A DNA stretch of 64,000 nt from assembly GCA_043800345.1 (NCBI GenBank), contig JAZDNB010000030.1:91-64090 (forward strand). The letters run 5' to 3'. Both the position numbers and the translations under genes were made by a program. Source of the DNA: Candidatus Omnitrophota bacterium (lineage in GTDB: Bacteria > Omnitrophota > Gorgyraeia > VGKN01). Numbering within the stretch: the first letter of the stretch is position 1; every line of letters begins with the position of its first letter. The notes below the pieces were generated by a model, which saw only the letters and a program-made list of their open reading frames with translations, searched no databases and was not told where the DNA came from. Below, in pieces: positions 55,033-64,000 of this stretch.

Positions 55033-55821
55033 TCACTTAAATTGCACTCCGTCTTTAAGTAATGCTGCCAATTTTTCAACGATCTCAGTTGTCAAGCCGT
55101 GAAGGGTTATTCCTCCGGTGCGGACGGGTGGGGTAAAAATTTTTATAACCTGTGTGGGTGAACCTTTTAGTCCGATTTTATCCGGGTCTGAACTCAAATC
55201 GTTTGTGGTAAGTTTTTTTACAATATACTTTTTAGCTCTTAATTTTCCTTTCAGGGAGGGGAGTCTTGGCTCATTTATCTCTTTCACCACAGTGATAAGA
55301 CACGGTAGCTGTGATTCTATGACCTCATAACCTTCTTCGACCATCCGCTCTGCTTTTATATAACCTTCTTTAATTTCCTCTATTCTCTTTACAAAGGTTA
55401 TCTGGGGGATATCAAGCCATACGGCTATACCCGGCCCAACCTGTGCCGTATCGCCGTCTATTGCCTGCTTACCACATAGTATCAAATCAAATGGATTTAT
55501 TTTTTTTATTGCACATGAAAGCGTATAACTCGTTGCCAGCGTATCGCTTCCCGCAAATGCCCTATCGCTTATTAAATAAGCTTCATCGGCCCCAAAAGAA
55601 ATGGCCTCCTTCAGCGCTTCTTCTGCCTGGGGAGGCCCCATACTCACTACGGTAACCGAACCACCTATTTTTTCTCTTATTCTTAACCCCTCTTCGATTG
55701 CATACATATCAAAGGGGTTTATAATGCTCTCTACTCCCTCCCTTACCAGGGTATTGGTTTTAGGGTCAATCTTAACATCTGTCGTATCCGGAACTTGTTT
55801 TATACATACAATGATTTTCAT
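55033..55821 (-). CDS. etfB: Electron transfer flavoprotein beta subunit
   Basis: MKIIVCIKQVPDT... Confidence 0.9.
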   Translation of the reverse strand: MKIIVCIKQVPDTTDVKIDPKTNTLVREGVESIINPFDMYAIEEGLRIREKIGGSVTVVSMGPPQAEEALKEAISFGADEAYLISDRAFAGSDTLATSYTLSCAIKKINPFDLILCGKQAIDGDTAQVGPGIAVWLDIPQITFVKRIEEIKEGYIKAERMVEEGYEVIESQLPCLITVVKEINEPRLPSLKGKLRAKKYIVKKLTTNDLSSDPDKIGLKGSPTQVIKIFTPPVRTGGITLHGLTTEIVEKLAALLKDGVQFK

Positions 55822-55895
55822 GAAAATATACTAATGTTCTGGCTCAAAATCAAGGTTGGTTATGCAAAACGTATACCCGGCTCAATCCGATACAG

Positions 55896-57047
55896 TTACT
55901 GTGCAATTTCCTTTATCAGATTTAAGGCTATTATGTTTCGCTGTATCTGATTTGTCCCTTCATAAATCTGTGTTATCTTTGCATCTCTCATATATTTCTC
56001 TATCGGATAATCCCTCATATAGCCGTATCCGCCAAAAATCTGAAGCGCATCCGTAGTGACTTTCATCGCAACATCAGAGGCAAATAATTTTGCCATGGCT
56101 GATTCTTTTGCCACTTTGGTGTTGCCTTTATCTATCATACGGCTTACGGCATATACCAAGGCCCTTGCGGCTTCAACGTGCGTCGCCATATCGGCAAGCA
56201 TAAATCCAACGCCCTGAAAAGAGGAGATGGGTTGTCCAAACTGCTCGCGTTCTTTTGAATATTTTACGGCTAAATCCAGCGCACCCTGGGCAATACCAAC
56301 TGCCTGTGAAGCAACGCCGGGCCTCGACACATCAAATGTCTTCATAGCAACAATAAACCCCATACCTTCTTTGCCCAGCAGATTTTCTTTAGGCACTTTG
56401 CAGTCCGTAAACACAAGTTCTCTTGTAGCAGAGGCCCGTATGCCGAGTTTTTTTTCTTTTTTCCCGAAACTAAAACCTTCATATCCTTTTTCAACTATAA
56501 ATGCACTCGCACCTCGTGCGCCTTTCTTTCTGTCGGTGATAGCTACAACCGTGTAAATCTCGGCCTCTCCGCCGTTGGTTATCCATTGTTTTGTGCCGTT
56601 TAAATAATAGTAGTCCCCTTTTAATGTCGCTGTCGTCTGGATGGCACCTGCATCGCTACCTGCTCCTGCCTCAGTTAAGCCAAAGGCAGCAAGTTTTTTA
56701 CCCTTGGCTAAATCGGGTAGATATTTTTTCTTTTGCGCTTCGTTACCATACAGGAGAATGGGATAGGTTCCGAGTGCGCTCGCCGCAAAACATACCGCAA
56801 TGCCCCCGCAGGCCTTCGAAAGCTCCTCGGTAACCAGCACAAGTTCCATTACGCCCCCTCCTGTTCCGCCGTATTCCTCAGGGATATATACGCCAAACAG
56901 ATCGGAATCCGACAGTACCTTCATCACCTCCCACGGAAATTCTTCTGTCTCATCATGATGCGCGCTTACGGGACGAATTTTCTCATCTGCAATCTGTTTT
57001 GCCAAATCCCTTATCATTATTTGTTCTTCAGTCAGAAGATAATCCAT
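55896..57047 (-). CDS. Acyl-CoA dehydrogenase (butyryl-CoA dehydrogenase-like)
   Basis: MDYLLTEEQ...GLTEAGAGSD...QIFGGYGY...EGTNQIQR. The SD AAGGAGAGG precedes ATG 57047; the alternative ATG 57071 overlaps the fabF stop. Confidence 0.9.
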   Translation of the reverse strand: MDYLLTEEQIMIRDLAKQIADEKIRPVSAHHDETEEFPWEVMKVLSDSDLFGVYIPEEYGGTGGGVMELVLVTEELSKACGGIAVCFAASALGTYPILLYGNEAQKKKYLPDLAKGKKLAAFGLTEAGAGSDAGAIQTTATLKGDYYYLNGTKQWITNGGEAEIYTVVAITDRKKGARGASAFIVEKGYEGFSFGKKEKKLGIRASATRELVFTDCKVPKENLLGKEGMGFIVAMKTFDVSRPGVASQAVGIAQGALDLAVKYSKEREQFGQPISSFQGVGFMLADMATHVEAARALVYAVSRMIDKGNTKVAKESAMAKLFASDVAMKVTTDALQIFGGYGYMRDYPIEKYMRDAKITQIYEGTNQIQRNIIALNLIKEIAQ

Positions 57048-57070
57048 AAACAACCTCTCCTTATTAATCA

Positions 57071-58309
57071 TTAAGAAAAATGTTTCAATAAGAGTACGGC
57101 ATTATGCCCGCCAAAACCAAATGTATTGGAAATAGCGGCTTTTACTTTTGTTTTTCTTGCAACGTTAGGTACATAATCCAGGTCGCACTCGGGATCGGGA
57201 TATTCATAGTTAATCGTAGGAGGAATAATTGACTCATATATGGCAAGGGCTGTTGCTGCGCACTCGACCCCTCCCGCAGCACCCAATAAGTGTCCGGTCA
57301 TAGATTTTGTGGAACTTACCGCCAATTTTTTTGCATGGTCACCGAAAACTTTTTTGATGGCAGAGGTCTCTATTTTATCGTTAAGTTGGGTAGAGGTACC
57401 ATGGGCATTAATATAATCTATATCGTCTATGTTAAGCTTGGCATCATCTAACGCCATTTTCATAGCCCGTGCCGCGCCATCGCCGTCTTCGCAGGGAGCG
57501 GTAATATGGTAGGCATCCCCTGTCAAACCGTATCCGGCTATCTCCGCATAGATACGGGCTCCTCTTTTTTTAGCGTGTTCAAGTTCTTCTAAAATCACGA
57601 TACCCGCACCTTCTCCCATAACAAACCCGTCTCTTTCCCTGTCAAACGGCCTTGATGCGCGCTCAGGCTGGTCATTTCTTGTGGAGAGTGCCTTCATGGC
57701 ACAGAACCCGCCAAAACCAAGCGGTGTTATGCAACTTTCGGTGCCACCGGCAAACATTATATCCGCGTCCGCTCGTTGAATAATCTTAAAGGCATCGCCT
57801 ATGGCGTGATTTCCTGTCGCGCACGCGGTTGCAACGGAAGAATTCGGCCCTTTTATCCCAAGCGATATCGCAATCTGCCCGGGGGCCATATTTATTATCA
57901 ACATAGGGATGAGAAAAGGCGATATTTTCGATGGTCCGCCTTTTAAAAAAGCGCTGTGCTGTTGTTCTATCGTAGGGAGCCCCCCTATGCCTGAACCCAC
58001 AAGAACGCCTATTCTATGCGAATCTTCCTTGGCAAGGTCAATACCTGCATCATGTAGAACCATCTTGCTACAGGCTACGGCGTATTGGACAAACCTGTCC
58101 ATCCGTCTAATTTCTTTTGGAGTTAAGAACGGGGTAGGATCAAAATTTTTGACTTCTGCGGCTATCTTTGTGGAAAAATCTTTTGTATCAAAGGAACGGG
58201 CTAGTCCGACACCGCCCTTTGATTCTACCAGGCTTTTCCAAAATTCATCTTTTGTATTGCCAACAGGAGATATAGCAGATAGGCCGGTAATTACTACGCG
58301 CCTTTTCAT
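57071..58309 (-). CDS. fabF: 3-oxoacyl-ACP synthase II
   Basis: 412 aa with the active-site region ATACATG and the [13 protein letters not shown] and FGFGGHN motifs. Confidence 0.95.
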   Translation of the reverse strand: MKRRVVITGLSAISPVGNTKDEFWKSLVESKGGVGLARSFDTKDFSTKIAAEVKNFDPTPFLTPKEIRRMDRFVQYAVACSKMVLHDAGIDLAKEDSHRIGVLVGSGIGGLPTIEQQHSAFLKGGPSKISPFLIPMLIINMAPGQIAISLGIKGPNSSVATACATGNHAIGDAFKIIQRADADIMFAGGTESCITPLGFGGFCAMKALSTRNDQPERASRPFDRERDGFVMGEGAGIVILEELEHAKKRGARIYAEIAGYGLTGDAYHITAPCEDGDGAARAMKMALDDAKLNIDDIDYINAHGTSTQLNDKIETSAIKKVFGDHAKKLAVSSTKSMTGHLLGAAGGVECAATALAIYESIIPPTINYEYPDPECDLDYVPNVARKTKVKAAISNTFGFGGHNAVLLLKHFS

Positions 58310-58551
58310 TTACTTAATTTGGCTTTCTCCTCTATATACTTTATGGCCTGACCCACGGTGGTAATCTTTTCGGCTTCCTCGTCGGAAATCTCGATTCCAA
58401 ATTCTTCTTCAAATGCCATAACTAACTCTACAGTATCAAGAGAATCAGCTCCCAGGTCATTCACAAACGAGGATTCAGGAGAAACTTCTTCAGCTTTTAC
58501 CCCCAATTGCTCAACAATTATCTCTTTTACTCTATCTGCTACCGATGACAT
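58306..58551 (-). CDS. acpP: Acyl carrier protein
   Basis: 81 aa containing [20 protein letters not shown]. Confidence 0.95.
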   Translation of the reverse strand: MSSVADRVKEIIVEQLGVKAEEVSPESSFVNDLGADSLDTVELVMAFEEEFGIEISDEEAEKITTVGQAIKYIEEKAKLSK

Positions 58552-58598
58552 TCTTCTTCCTCCTTTTTTAATAAACCCGACTTTGCAAGCTAATTTTC

Positions 58599-59339
58599 TT
58601 ACATCGCCATACCGCCGTCTATCCTGATAACCTGGCCGGTTATATAACGAGCGTTTTCTGAAGCGAGAAATAATGCTACGTTTGCGACATCCTGGCTTGT
58701 TCCAAATTTTCCAAGCGGTATAAGGGCCAGCATCTGCATCTTTATTTCTTCGCTGAGCGCGGCAGTCATATCAGTCTGTATAAATCCCGGCGCAATTGCA
58801 TTCACCGTTACGCCGCGCGGGGCAAGTTCTTTTGCTATGGATTTGGTAAATCCTATTAAACCTGCTTTCGACGCCGCATAGTTTGACTGGCCGGCATTGC
58901 CTATTATACCAATGATGGAACTAATATTGATTATGCTTCCGCTACGCTGTTTAAGCATAACCTGTGAAACTGCTTTGGTGCAGTTAAAGGCTCCTTTAAG
59001 GTTAATACTTAACACCGCATCCCAGTCATTTTCTTTCATTCGCATAAGGAGCGCGTCTCTGGTTATGCCTGCGTTGTTGATTAGTATATCAACCCTTTTA
59101 AATTTGTCAAGGGTTTTATTAACCATCTCTTCGGTCGCAAGGGCATTTGTTACATCTACTTTCAATGCAAGGACTTCGATACCTAAACTTGTAAGTTGGG
59201 CTTCTGTCTCCGACAGCATCCCTTCGTTAACATCGCATATCACCAGATGTGACCCTTCCCGTGCAAACGTAAGTGCCAACTGTTTTCCAATACCTCGCGC
59301 ACCGCCGGTTATAATTGATACCTTATCCTTTAACAACAT
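58599..59339 (-). CDS. fabG: 3-oxoacyl-ACP reductase
   Basis: TGGARGIG...NNAG...YAASKAG... Confidence 0.9.
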   Translation of the reverse strand: MLLKDKVSIITGGARGIGKQLALTFAREGSHLVICDVNEGMLSETEAQLTSLGIEVLALKVDVTNALATEEMVNKTLDKFKRVDILINNAGITRDALLMRMKENDWDAVLSINLKGAFNCTKAVSQVMLKQRSGSIINISSIIGIIGNAGQSNYAASKAGLIGFTKSIAKELAPRGVTVNAIAPGFIQTDMTAALSEEIKMQMLALIPLGKFGTSQDVANVALFLASENARYITGQVIRIDGGMAM

Positions 59340-59414
59340 ATATACCTCCTTACTGAAATAATACCTATCTATGGTCGATTTATAACATTAAACCATGGTT
59401 TTGGCTAAACTTTT

Positions 59415-62400
59415 TTACTGGTTCCCGGCCGCATCCTCTGCGTGCGGTTTTAAAGATTCGTTTTCTACCTTTTTTATGTTTTCTTTTATCAAGGTAACGA
59501 GCGCATCGTTCGGATATTCCTGAAGTAATGCATTATATTCCCTTAGCGAACCGGTATAATCTTTTTTCAGAAAATAGAGGTCCGCTATATATATTTTCAG
59601 TTTGATAATAGCGGCATGTTTCGGGTAGGTATCAATAAGTAATTTGATTTTATGCATTGCGCTATCAACGCCACTGCTTAATGCATTCATATAATATACT
59701 CTTGCTAGTTCCGCATATGCCTTATTTGACCATTCATCGGAAAGACCCAAGTTCAACAAAACTTCGTATTCCTTGCTGCTTTCTTCAAAACGTGCTTCCG
59801 CTTCAAAGGTTTTTGCTATTTTAAAATGGGCATAATTGGCAAGGGTATTTCCCTTGGGAATATATAATAATAGTTTTTGATAAAAGGCCCTGGCAAATTG
59901 CCATTTGTTATTAACATAAAATTTATCGGCAATTTCTTTTAATTTCGCGTATGCATCTGCGGCCGGACGTTTCTGCAGGTCAATATCAAAATAAAGCTCA
60001 TAAAGACCGGATGATTTTCCGTAGTCGCCTATTTTAAATTCTTTTTCCGCTTCTGTAAATAGCATATCTAATTCGCGTACGGCTGCCTCGCCCGTAGACA
60101 CCCTTATGAATTCTTCTTTTAACTTCAAGGCATAATCTTCAAGTCCGAAATTCTTTAACGTAAAACAAAACTCATTTAATTTTGCGCTATTTATGGAAGG
60201 ATCATCCGAATAATCCGATAATCCGGCAATAAGCTCTTTTAAAGATTCATGAAGTTTACTAGATGTAAAATTCCTAATATCTATGAGCACCTTGATAAAT
60301 ATCAGATTAGTTTTTAATTTTGTATTTATATCTTCCCCCAAAAGCCGGTTTATAGCTTCCCCTGCCTCCTGATAATAGCCGGGTTTGTTTTTCAAAAATT
60401 CCCTAAACGAATCAAGCGAGGCATGCTTTCTTAGATGCTCAATTTCATTTACATAGGTATAGGCAAGCAGATACCTGAGAAATTTTGTATTTTGATTTTC
60501 TTTTTCATCCGACAGGTATTTCTTAAGGCCAGTAATAAAAATATGGAATTCCGATTCTTCTTTATCCAGGTCCCATATCCTGCTAAAAATCGCAAGTAGT
60601 TTTTCTTCGGACTCTGCCTTTTTTATTTCTTTTAAAAATCCCGCGGAATCAAATACGGGATGCAATGAAGAGATTGTCTCAATATTTTTAAAACCTGATA
60701 ACTTAAAGGCACGCTTGATATAGGAATTTTTCATAACGTTATTCCACACAAATGACGTCCTTGCATTTTCAATCATAATAAGCGCTATCCCTAAATCAAG
60801 ACCATAATAAATACCGGGGCACCAGTTTATATCCGCATTTAACGCATTTTTAATTCCGTATCTACCCCACAGGTCGGGATAGGTATATATCAGATAGCGG
60901 AGCGAATCAAGCGAAAGAAAGGGCGTAAAGGGCATTGAACCGGCAGGTGCAACGGGAGAAATAGTGCCGTCAAAGATAGGCTTTTTTGAACCGCAGGGAG
61001 CAGCCCCATGATGCATCGTATATTCATCAAGCAACCGCATCGAACTAATACCCCAGCTATAAGGCCCGAATGTTTTATACCGGTTTGAATTGTCAATACA
61101 AAAATTGCGGTTTGCTAAAGTAGCGCTTATAGAATTCTGCCACCAATCTATGCCTTCCTTATCAACCATTCCCTTGAAATCAAAAAAGCCATGAGCATAC
61201 TGATACGTAAAGAGTGAACCGTACCAGGAAATTACAAAAGGTTCTCCCTTGGCATAAGCCGCCTTTTCCCTTTTAAAAGAATAAAAAACCTCTGGACTAA
61301 CCGCATGAACGGGAGAACCGATGGCTAGCAAAGATATAATCATGGCTTCATCCGTATAATAATCCCACCAGGAATCTAAAAACTTACCATCGGGAAACCA
61401 TCCCAGGTAAAAATGATTGCTATGATTCTTTGAGGCCGTATCCAAAAACTTATCCCACATAATAGATTCATATAATGCAGAGGCTTTTTTCTTGACTTCT
61501 CCGCCGAAATACTCCCCCGAGCACAGTGCACCGCTTATAAGTATTGCCGTATCGATGGTGGATATCTCACAACCTCCGGTTCTTTTGGCAGTCTCAATAT
61601 CAAGAAAATGGCAAAAACCGTTTTTTCCTTCCGCTACAACCTTGGCTTTATTCTTGGGGTCGGTTAAAAAAGTATCTATGGCCCTATACGCCCTCTGATA
61701 TGCCGTTTTTTTGTCAATCCATCCGTGTTCTGCTCCTATAGCTAACGCAACAAGACCGAATCCCGTAGTCGCTATGCTCGAATACGTATCGACGTTATTA
61801 TCTAAAAATAGTCCCGTGGCTAGGGACTGGCTATCTTTAAAAAAATTAAATGCCTTTTCTTCAATACGTAACAAAAATTCATCATCGCTTAAGGTTTTAA
61901 CATGAAACGGCCCACATACAGCTGTGGGCGATTCCTTGCCGTTTATATATGTCGCAATACTCCGTATATAATAGGGATGCTCGGGACTAAGGGGAAACGT
62001 ATCGAAATCAGCCTCATAATATGTATCGAATGTATCATAATCAAATCCTATAATTTTCCACGTCACAGCATCTGTACTGTATTCAAACCTCACGGATTCA
62101 ATGGCAGGATTAGTAACAACAGATTCTGCTTCTATCGATAGCGCAATCGTACCGTTTAAAAAATCTGTTTTTGTAATTTTATTTTTATTTATCCTGAAGG
62201 TCTCGGCGTCGGGGCTGTTTGTCCGGATTATTTTTTCTTTCGATAAATACACGGGGGCCGTATAGCCGAATATCAATTCGTCGATATATATCGTGCCTAT
62301 TTTATCCCGCTGGTTAGAGTATTCGAATAAAAACCCAAGTTCCAGCACTTTTGAAAAATCCCGAATTTCTTTAAACGCCAATAAAGGAATAGTTACTTTT

Positions 62401-62909
62401 TGCCATTTCTTTGAAACCCCGTTCTTTAAAAAATCTTTTAAAGAAATAACCGAGGAAATATCTTCTCTGATATTAAATTTTCTATCACGGTTTGTATCTT
62501 GATGCAGCTCTATTTTTATATCCTCGCCTTCATTTTCTCCCATTATCCAGAATGAAACATAATTACAGTTTTTCAGATATTCTATATCTTCGACTCTCCC
62601 GAATGTATCTGTTTTGGCAAGTCTCATCCAAAAGAAAGAAAAACTGCCCTTTTGTGAAACATCAAAGGAAATCTTAAGACTGTTGCCGGAATTTCCAAAG
62701 GTAACGTTTTCTTTATTTACAAAATCCAGCAGACAAATTCCGGGTGGATTTTTTTTGGAATTAACATCACCTCCCAGCAGATTAGTAAAGACGGCATTAT
62801 TAAAATCGTCGACTACCACCGTCTTATTTACTGCTGAAAAGACGGTAGGCTGAGGAAAAAGCGATAAAACCAGTATAGAGAGGATGACTATGGGTTTACG
62901 TCCGGGCAT
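59415..62909 (-). CDS. Secreted 1164-aa protein: CBM11/CIA30-like domain + (alpha/alpha)6 glycoside-hydrolase-like domain (DUF3131/GH144-like) + C-terminal TPR repeats
   Basis: Signal peptide PIVILSILVLSLFPQPTVFSA. VVVDDFNN...YVSFWIMGENEGEDIKIELHQD is CBM-like. FFKDSQSLATGLFLDNNVDTYSSIATTGFGLVALAIGAEHGWI is six-hairpin glycosidase-like. The C-terminal third has TPR-like repeats. Inserted between fabD and fabG. Confidence 0.5.
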   Translation of the reverse strand: MPGRKPIVILSILVLSLFPQPTVFSAVNKTVVVDDFNNAVFTNLLGGDVNSKKNPPGICLLDFVNKENVTFGNSGNSLKISFDVSQKGSFSFFWMRLAKTDTFGRVEDIEYLKNCNYVSFWIMGENEGEDIKIELHQDTNRDRKFNIREDISSVISLKDFLKNGVSKKWQKVTIPLLAFKEIRDFSKVLELGFLFEYSNQRDKIGTIYIDELIFGYTAPVYLSKEKIIRTNSPDAETFRINKNKITKTDFLNGTIALSIEAESVVTNPAIESVRFEYSTDAVTWKIIGFDYDTFDTYYEADFDTFPLSPEHPYYIRSIATYINGKESPTAVCGPFHVKTLSDDEFLLRIEEKAFNFFKDSQSLATGLFLDNNVDTYSSIATTGFGLVALAIGAEHGWIDKKTAYQRAYRAIDTFLTDPKNKAKVVAEGKNGFCHFLDIETAKRTGGCEISTIDTAILISGALCSGEYFGGEVKKKASALYESIMWDKFLDTASKNHSNHFYLGWFPDGKFLDSWWDYYTDEAMIISLLAIGSPVHAVSPEVFYSFKREKAAYAKGEPFVISWYGSLFTYQYAHGFFDFKGMVDKEGIDWWQNSISATLANRNFCIDNSNRYKTFGPYSWGISSMRLLDEYTMHHGAAPCGSKKPIFDGTISPVAPAGSMPFTPFLSLDSLRYLIYTYPDLWGRYGIKNALNADINWCPGIYYGLDLGIALIMIENARTSFVWNNVMKNSYIKRAFKLSGFKNIETISSLHPVFDSAGFLKEIKKAESEEKLLAIFSRIWDLDKEESEFHIFITGLKKYLSDEKENQNTKFLRYLLAYTYVNEIEHLRKHASLDSFREFLKNKPGYYQEAGEAINRLLGEDINTKLKTNLIFIKVLIDIRNFTSSKLHESLKELIAGLSDYSDDPSINSAKLNEFCFTLKNFGLEDYALKLKEEFIRVSTGEAAVRELDMLFTEAEKEFKIGDYGKSSGLYELYFDIDLQKRPAADAYAKLKEIADKFYVNNKWQFARAFYQKLLLYIPKGNTLANYAHFKIAKTFEAEARFEESSKEYEVLLNLGLSDEWSNKAYAELARVYYMNALSSGVDSAMHKIKLLIDTYPKHAAIIKLKIYIADLYFLKKDYTGSLREYNALLQEYPNDALVTLIKENIKKVENESLKPHAEDAAGNQ

Positions 62910-63844
62910 ATATCTTTAAACGCATTCTTAAAATCGTTGAGGGATTTTGCATCGTCAATATTATATACCACCGTCCCTGGGTCTATTTTTCTGATAAGCC
63001 CTTTTAGAACGTTACCGGGGCCGATTTCAATGAAATGGGATATGCCGTTTCTTATGATGAAACGGATTGATTCTTCCCATCGTGTCGTATGATTCACTTG
63101 TTTAACAAGATTTCCTTTTATAACCTCCGGGCTTGAGGAGGCATCCGCTGAAAAATTACCCACCACAGGAATTCGTGCATGGGAAAAATTAAGCTTATCA
63201 ATATACGATTTCAATAAATCGGCTGCCTCGTTCATGAGAGAACAATGGAATGCCCCGCTCACATCAAGCATAAGTGCTCTCTTGGCATTATATTGTTTTG
63301 AAAGCGCCGCGGCATGTTCTATATCGGCATTTCTTCCTGAGAGGATAATCTGCCCGGGGGAATTAAGATTTGCTATTTCGGTATTTGTTTCCTTGCATAG
63401 TTTCTCTGCATCATCAACCGACAATCCGATAATAGCAAGCATTTTTCCCGGATTCTTCTGGCTGCTTTCAGCCATAAAGATACCTCTTTTTCTCACAAGC
63501 ATAAGGGCTTCGGAGAATATAAGACTTTCGGACGCCACTAATGCGCTATACTCTCCGAGACTTAGCCCTGCAGTAAAGGAAGGCGCACCGACAAAAGCAC
63601 CGTAGATACCTTCAAAAACCCTTAACCCTGCTACGGAACATGTCAAAATAGCGGCTTGACAGTTCTGGGTTTTTACAAGTTCTTCCTGTGGCCCCTCAAA
63701 GCAGAGATGGGCAATATCATACTGTAGTATATCGTTTGCCTCGTCAAAGATGTATTTTGCCTCTGGAAAATTTTGATACAGATCTTTCCCCATTCCCACA
63801 TATTGGGCACCTTGACCCGGAAATACATACGCACATTTCACCAT
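62888..63844 (-). CDS. fabD: Malonyl CoA-ACP transacylase
   Basis: YVFPGQGAQYVGMG...GLSLGEYSAL. Confidence 0.95.
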   Translation of the reverse strand: MVKCAYVFPGQGAQYVGMGKDLYQNFPEAKYIFDEANDILQYDIAHLCFEGPQEELVKTQNCQAAILTCSVAGLRVFEGIYGAFVGAPSFTAGLSLGEYSALVASESLIFSEALMLVRKRGIFMAESSQKNPGKMLAIIGLSVDDAEKLCKETNTEIANLNSPGQIILSGRNADIEHAAALSKQYNAKRALMLDVSGAFHCSLMNEAADLLKSYIDKLNFSHARIPVVGNFSADASSSPEVIKGNLVKQVNHTTRWEESIRFIIRNGISHFIEIGPGNVLKGLIRKIDPGTVVYNIDDAKSLNDFKNAFKDICPDVNP

Positions 63845-64000
63845 TCTAGAATAACCGCTCCCCAGGTAAGCCCTCCGCCAAAGCTAACAAGCAGCACCTT
63901 ATTGCCTTTTTTAAGTTTGCCGCTTTTGACAGCTTCGTATAAAGCAACCGCAATAGAGGCGGACGACATATTGCCGTATTTTTCTATATTGAGAAATGCT
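63838..64000 (-). CDS. fabH: 3-oxoacyl-ACP synthase III (partial, N-terminus beyond window edge)
   Basis: Manual minus-strand translation of the end gives ...GGGLTWGAVILEW-TGA. The stop overlaps the fabD start (ATGGTGA). Confidence 0.75.
   Translation of the reverse strand, partial: AFLNIEKYGNMSSASIAVALYEAVKSGKLKKGNKVLLVSFGGGLTWGAVILEW

Overview
The window is an AT-rich bacterial chromosomal segment, and about 55 of roughly 58 genes are transcribed on the minus strand. Most of it is core housekeeping. Minus-strand order, from high to low coordinates, is:
- fabH-fabD-[1164-aa glycosidase-like/TPR gene]-fabG-acpP-fabF, then acyl-CoA dehydrogenase-etfB-etfA and smc.
- An FMN-riboswitch-controlled riboflavin operon: ribBA-ribH-nusB-PHP-ribD-ribE.
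- DUF72, a PEGA/HEAT lipoprotein, tRNA-Pro(CGG), rmuC, acyP and ligA.
- xerD, a decayed nupC and a decayed radical-SAM gene.
- lexA-orf94-dinB and a 1366-aa multidomain fusion gene.
- The [DHH-CBS-CCA fusion]-DUF503-rbfA-nrnA-truB-ribF-rpsO-pnp block.
- uppP, ftsK, rodZ, rimO, pgsA and pgpA.
- A two-gene operon of unknown function that runs off the left edge.

I found no CRISPR array, transposase, prophage or recognisable defence system. What the ORF track does not explain:
1. A 118-bp three-hairpin GC-rich repeat family with five full copies, all in the same orientation. Relatives of it have entered coding sequence, adding a C-terminal extension to nrnA and splitting a radical-SAM gene.
2. 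A GC-rich leader with GEMM-I (c-di-GMP-I)-like blocks and a terminator, upstream of a glycine-zipper lipoprotein.
3. A consensus lexA promoter whose spacer is filled by a perfect palindrome, plus several promoters placed for leaderless mRNAs.
4. A start-less 89-codon ORF lying in frame directly after the TAG of the 1366-aa gene.
5. A pgpA whose conserved N-terminus lies upstream of any ATG, GTG or TTG.
6. A strongly SD-preceded 23-aa poly-basic ORF.

All functional calls rest on motifs recognised by eye. No database search was run.
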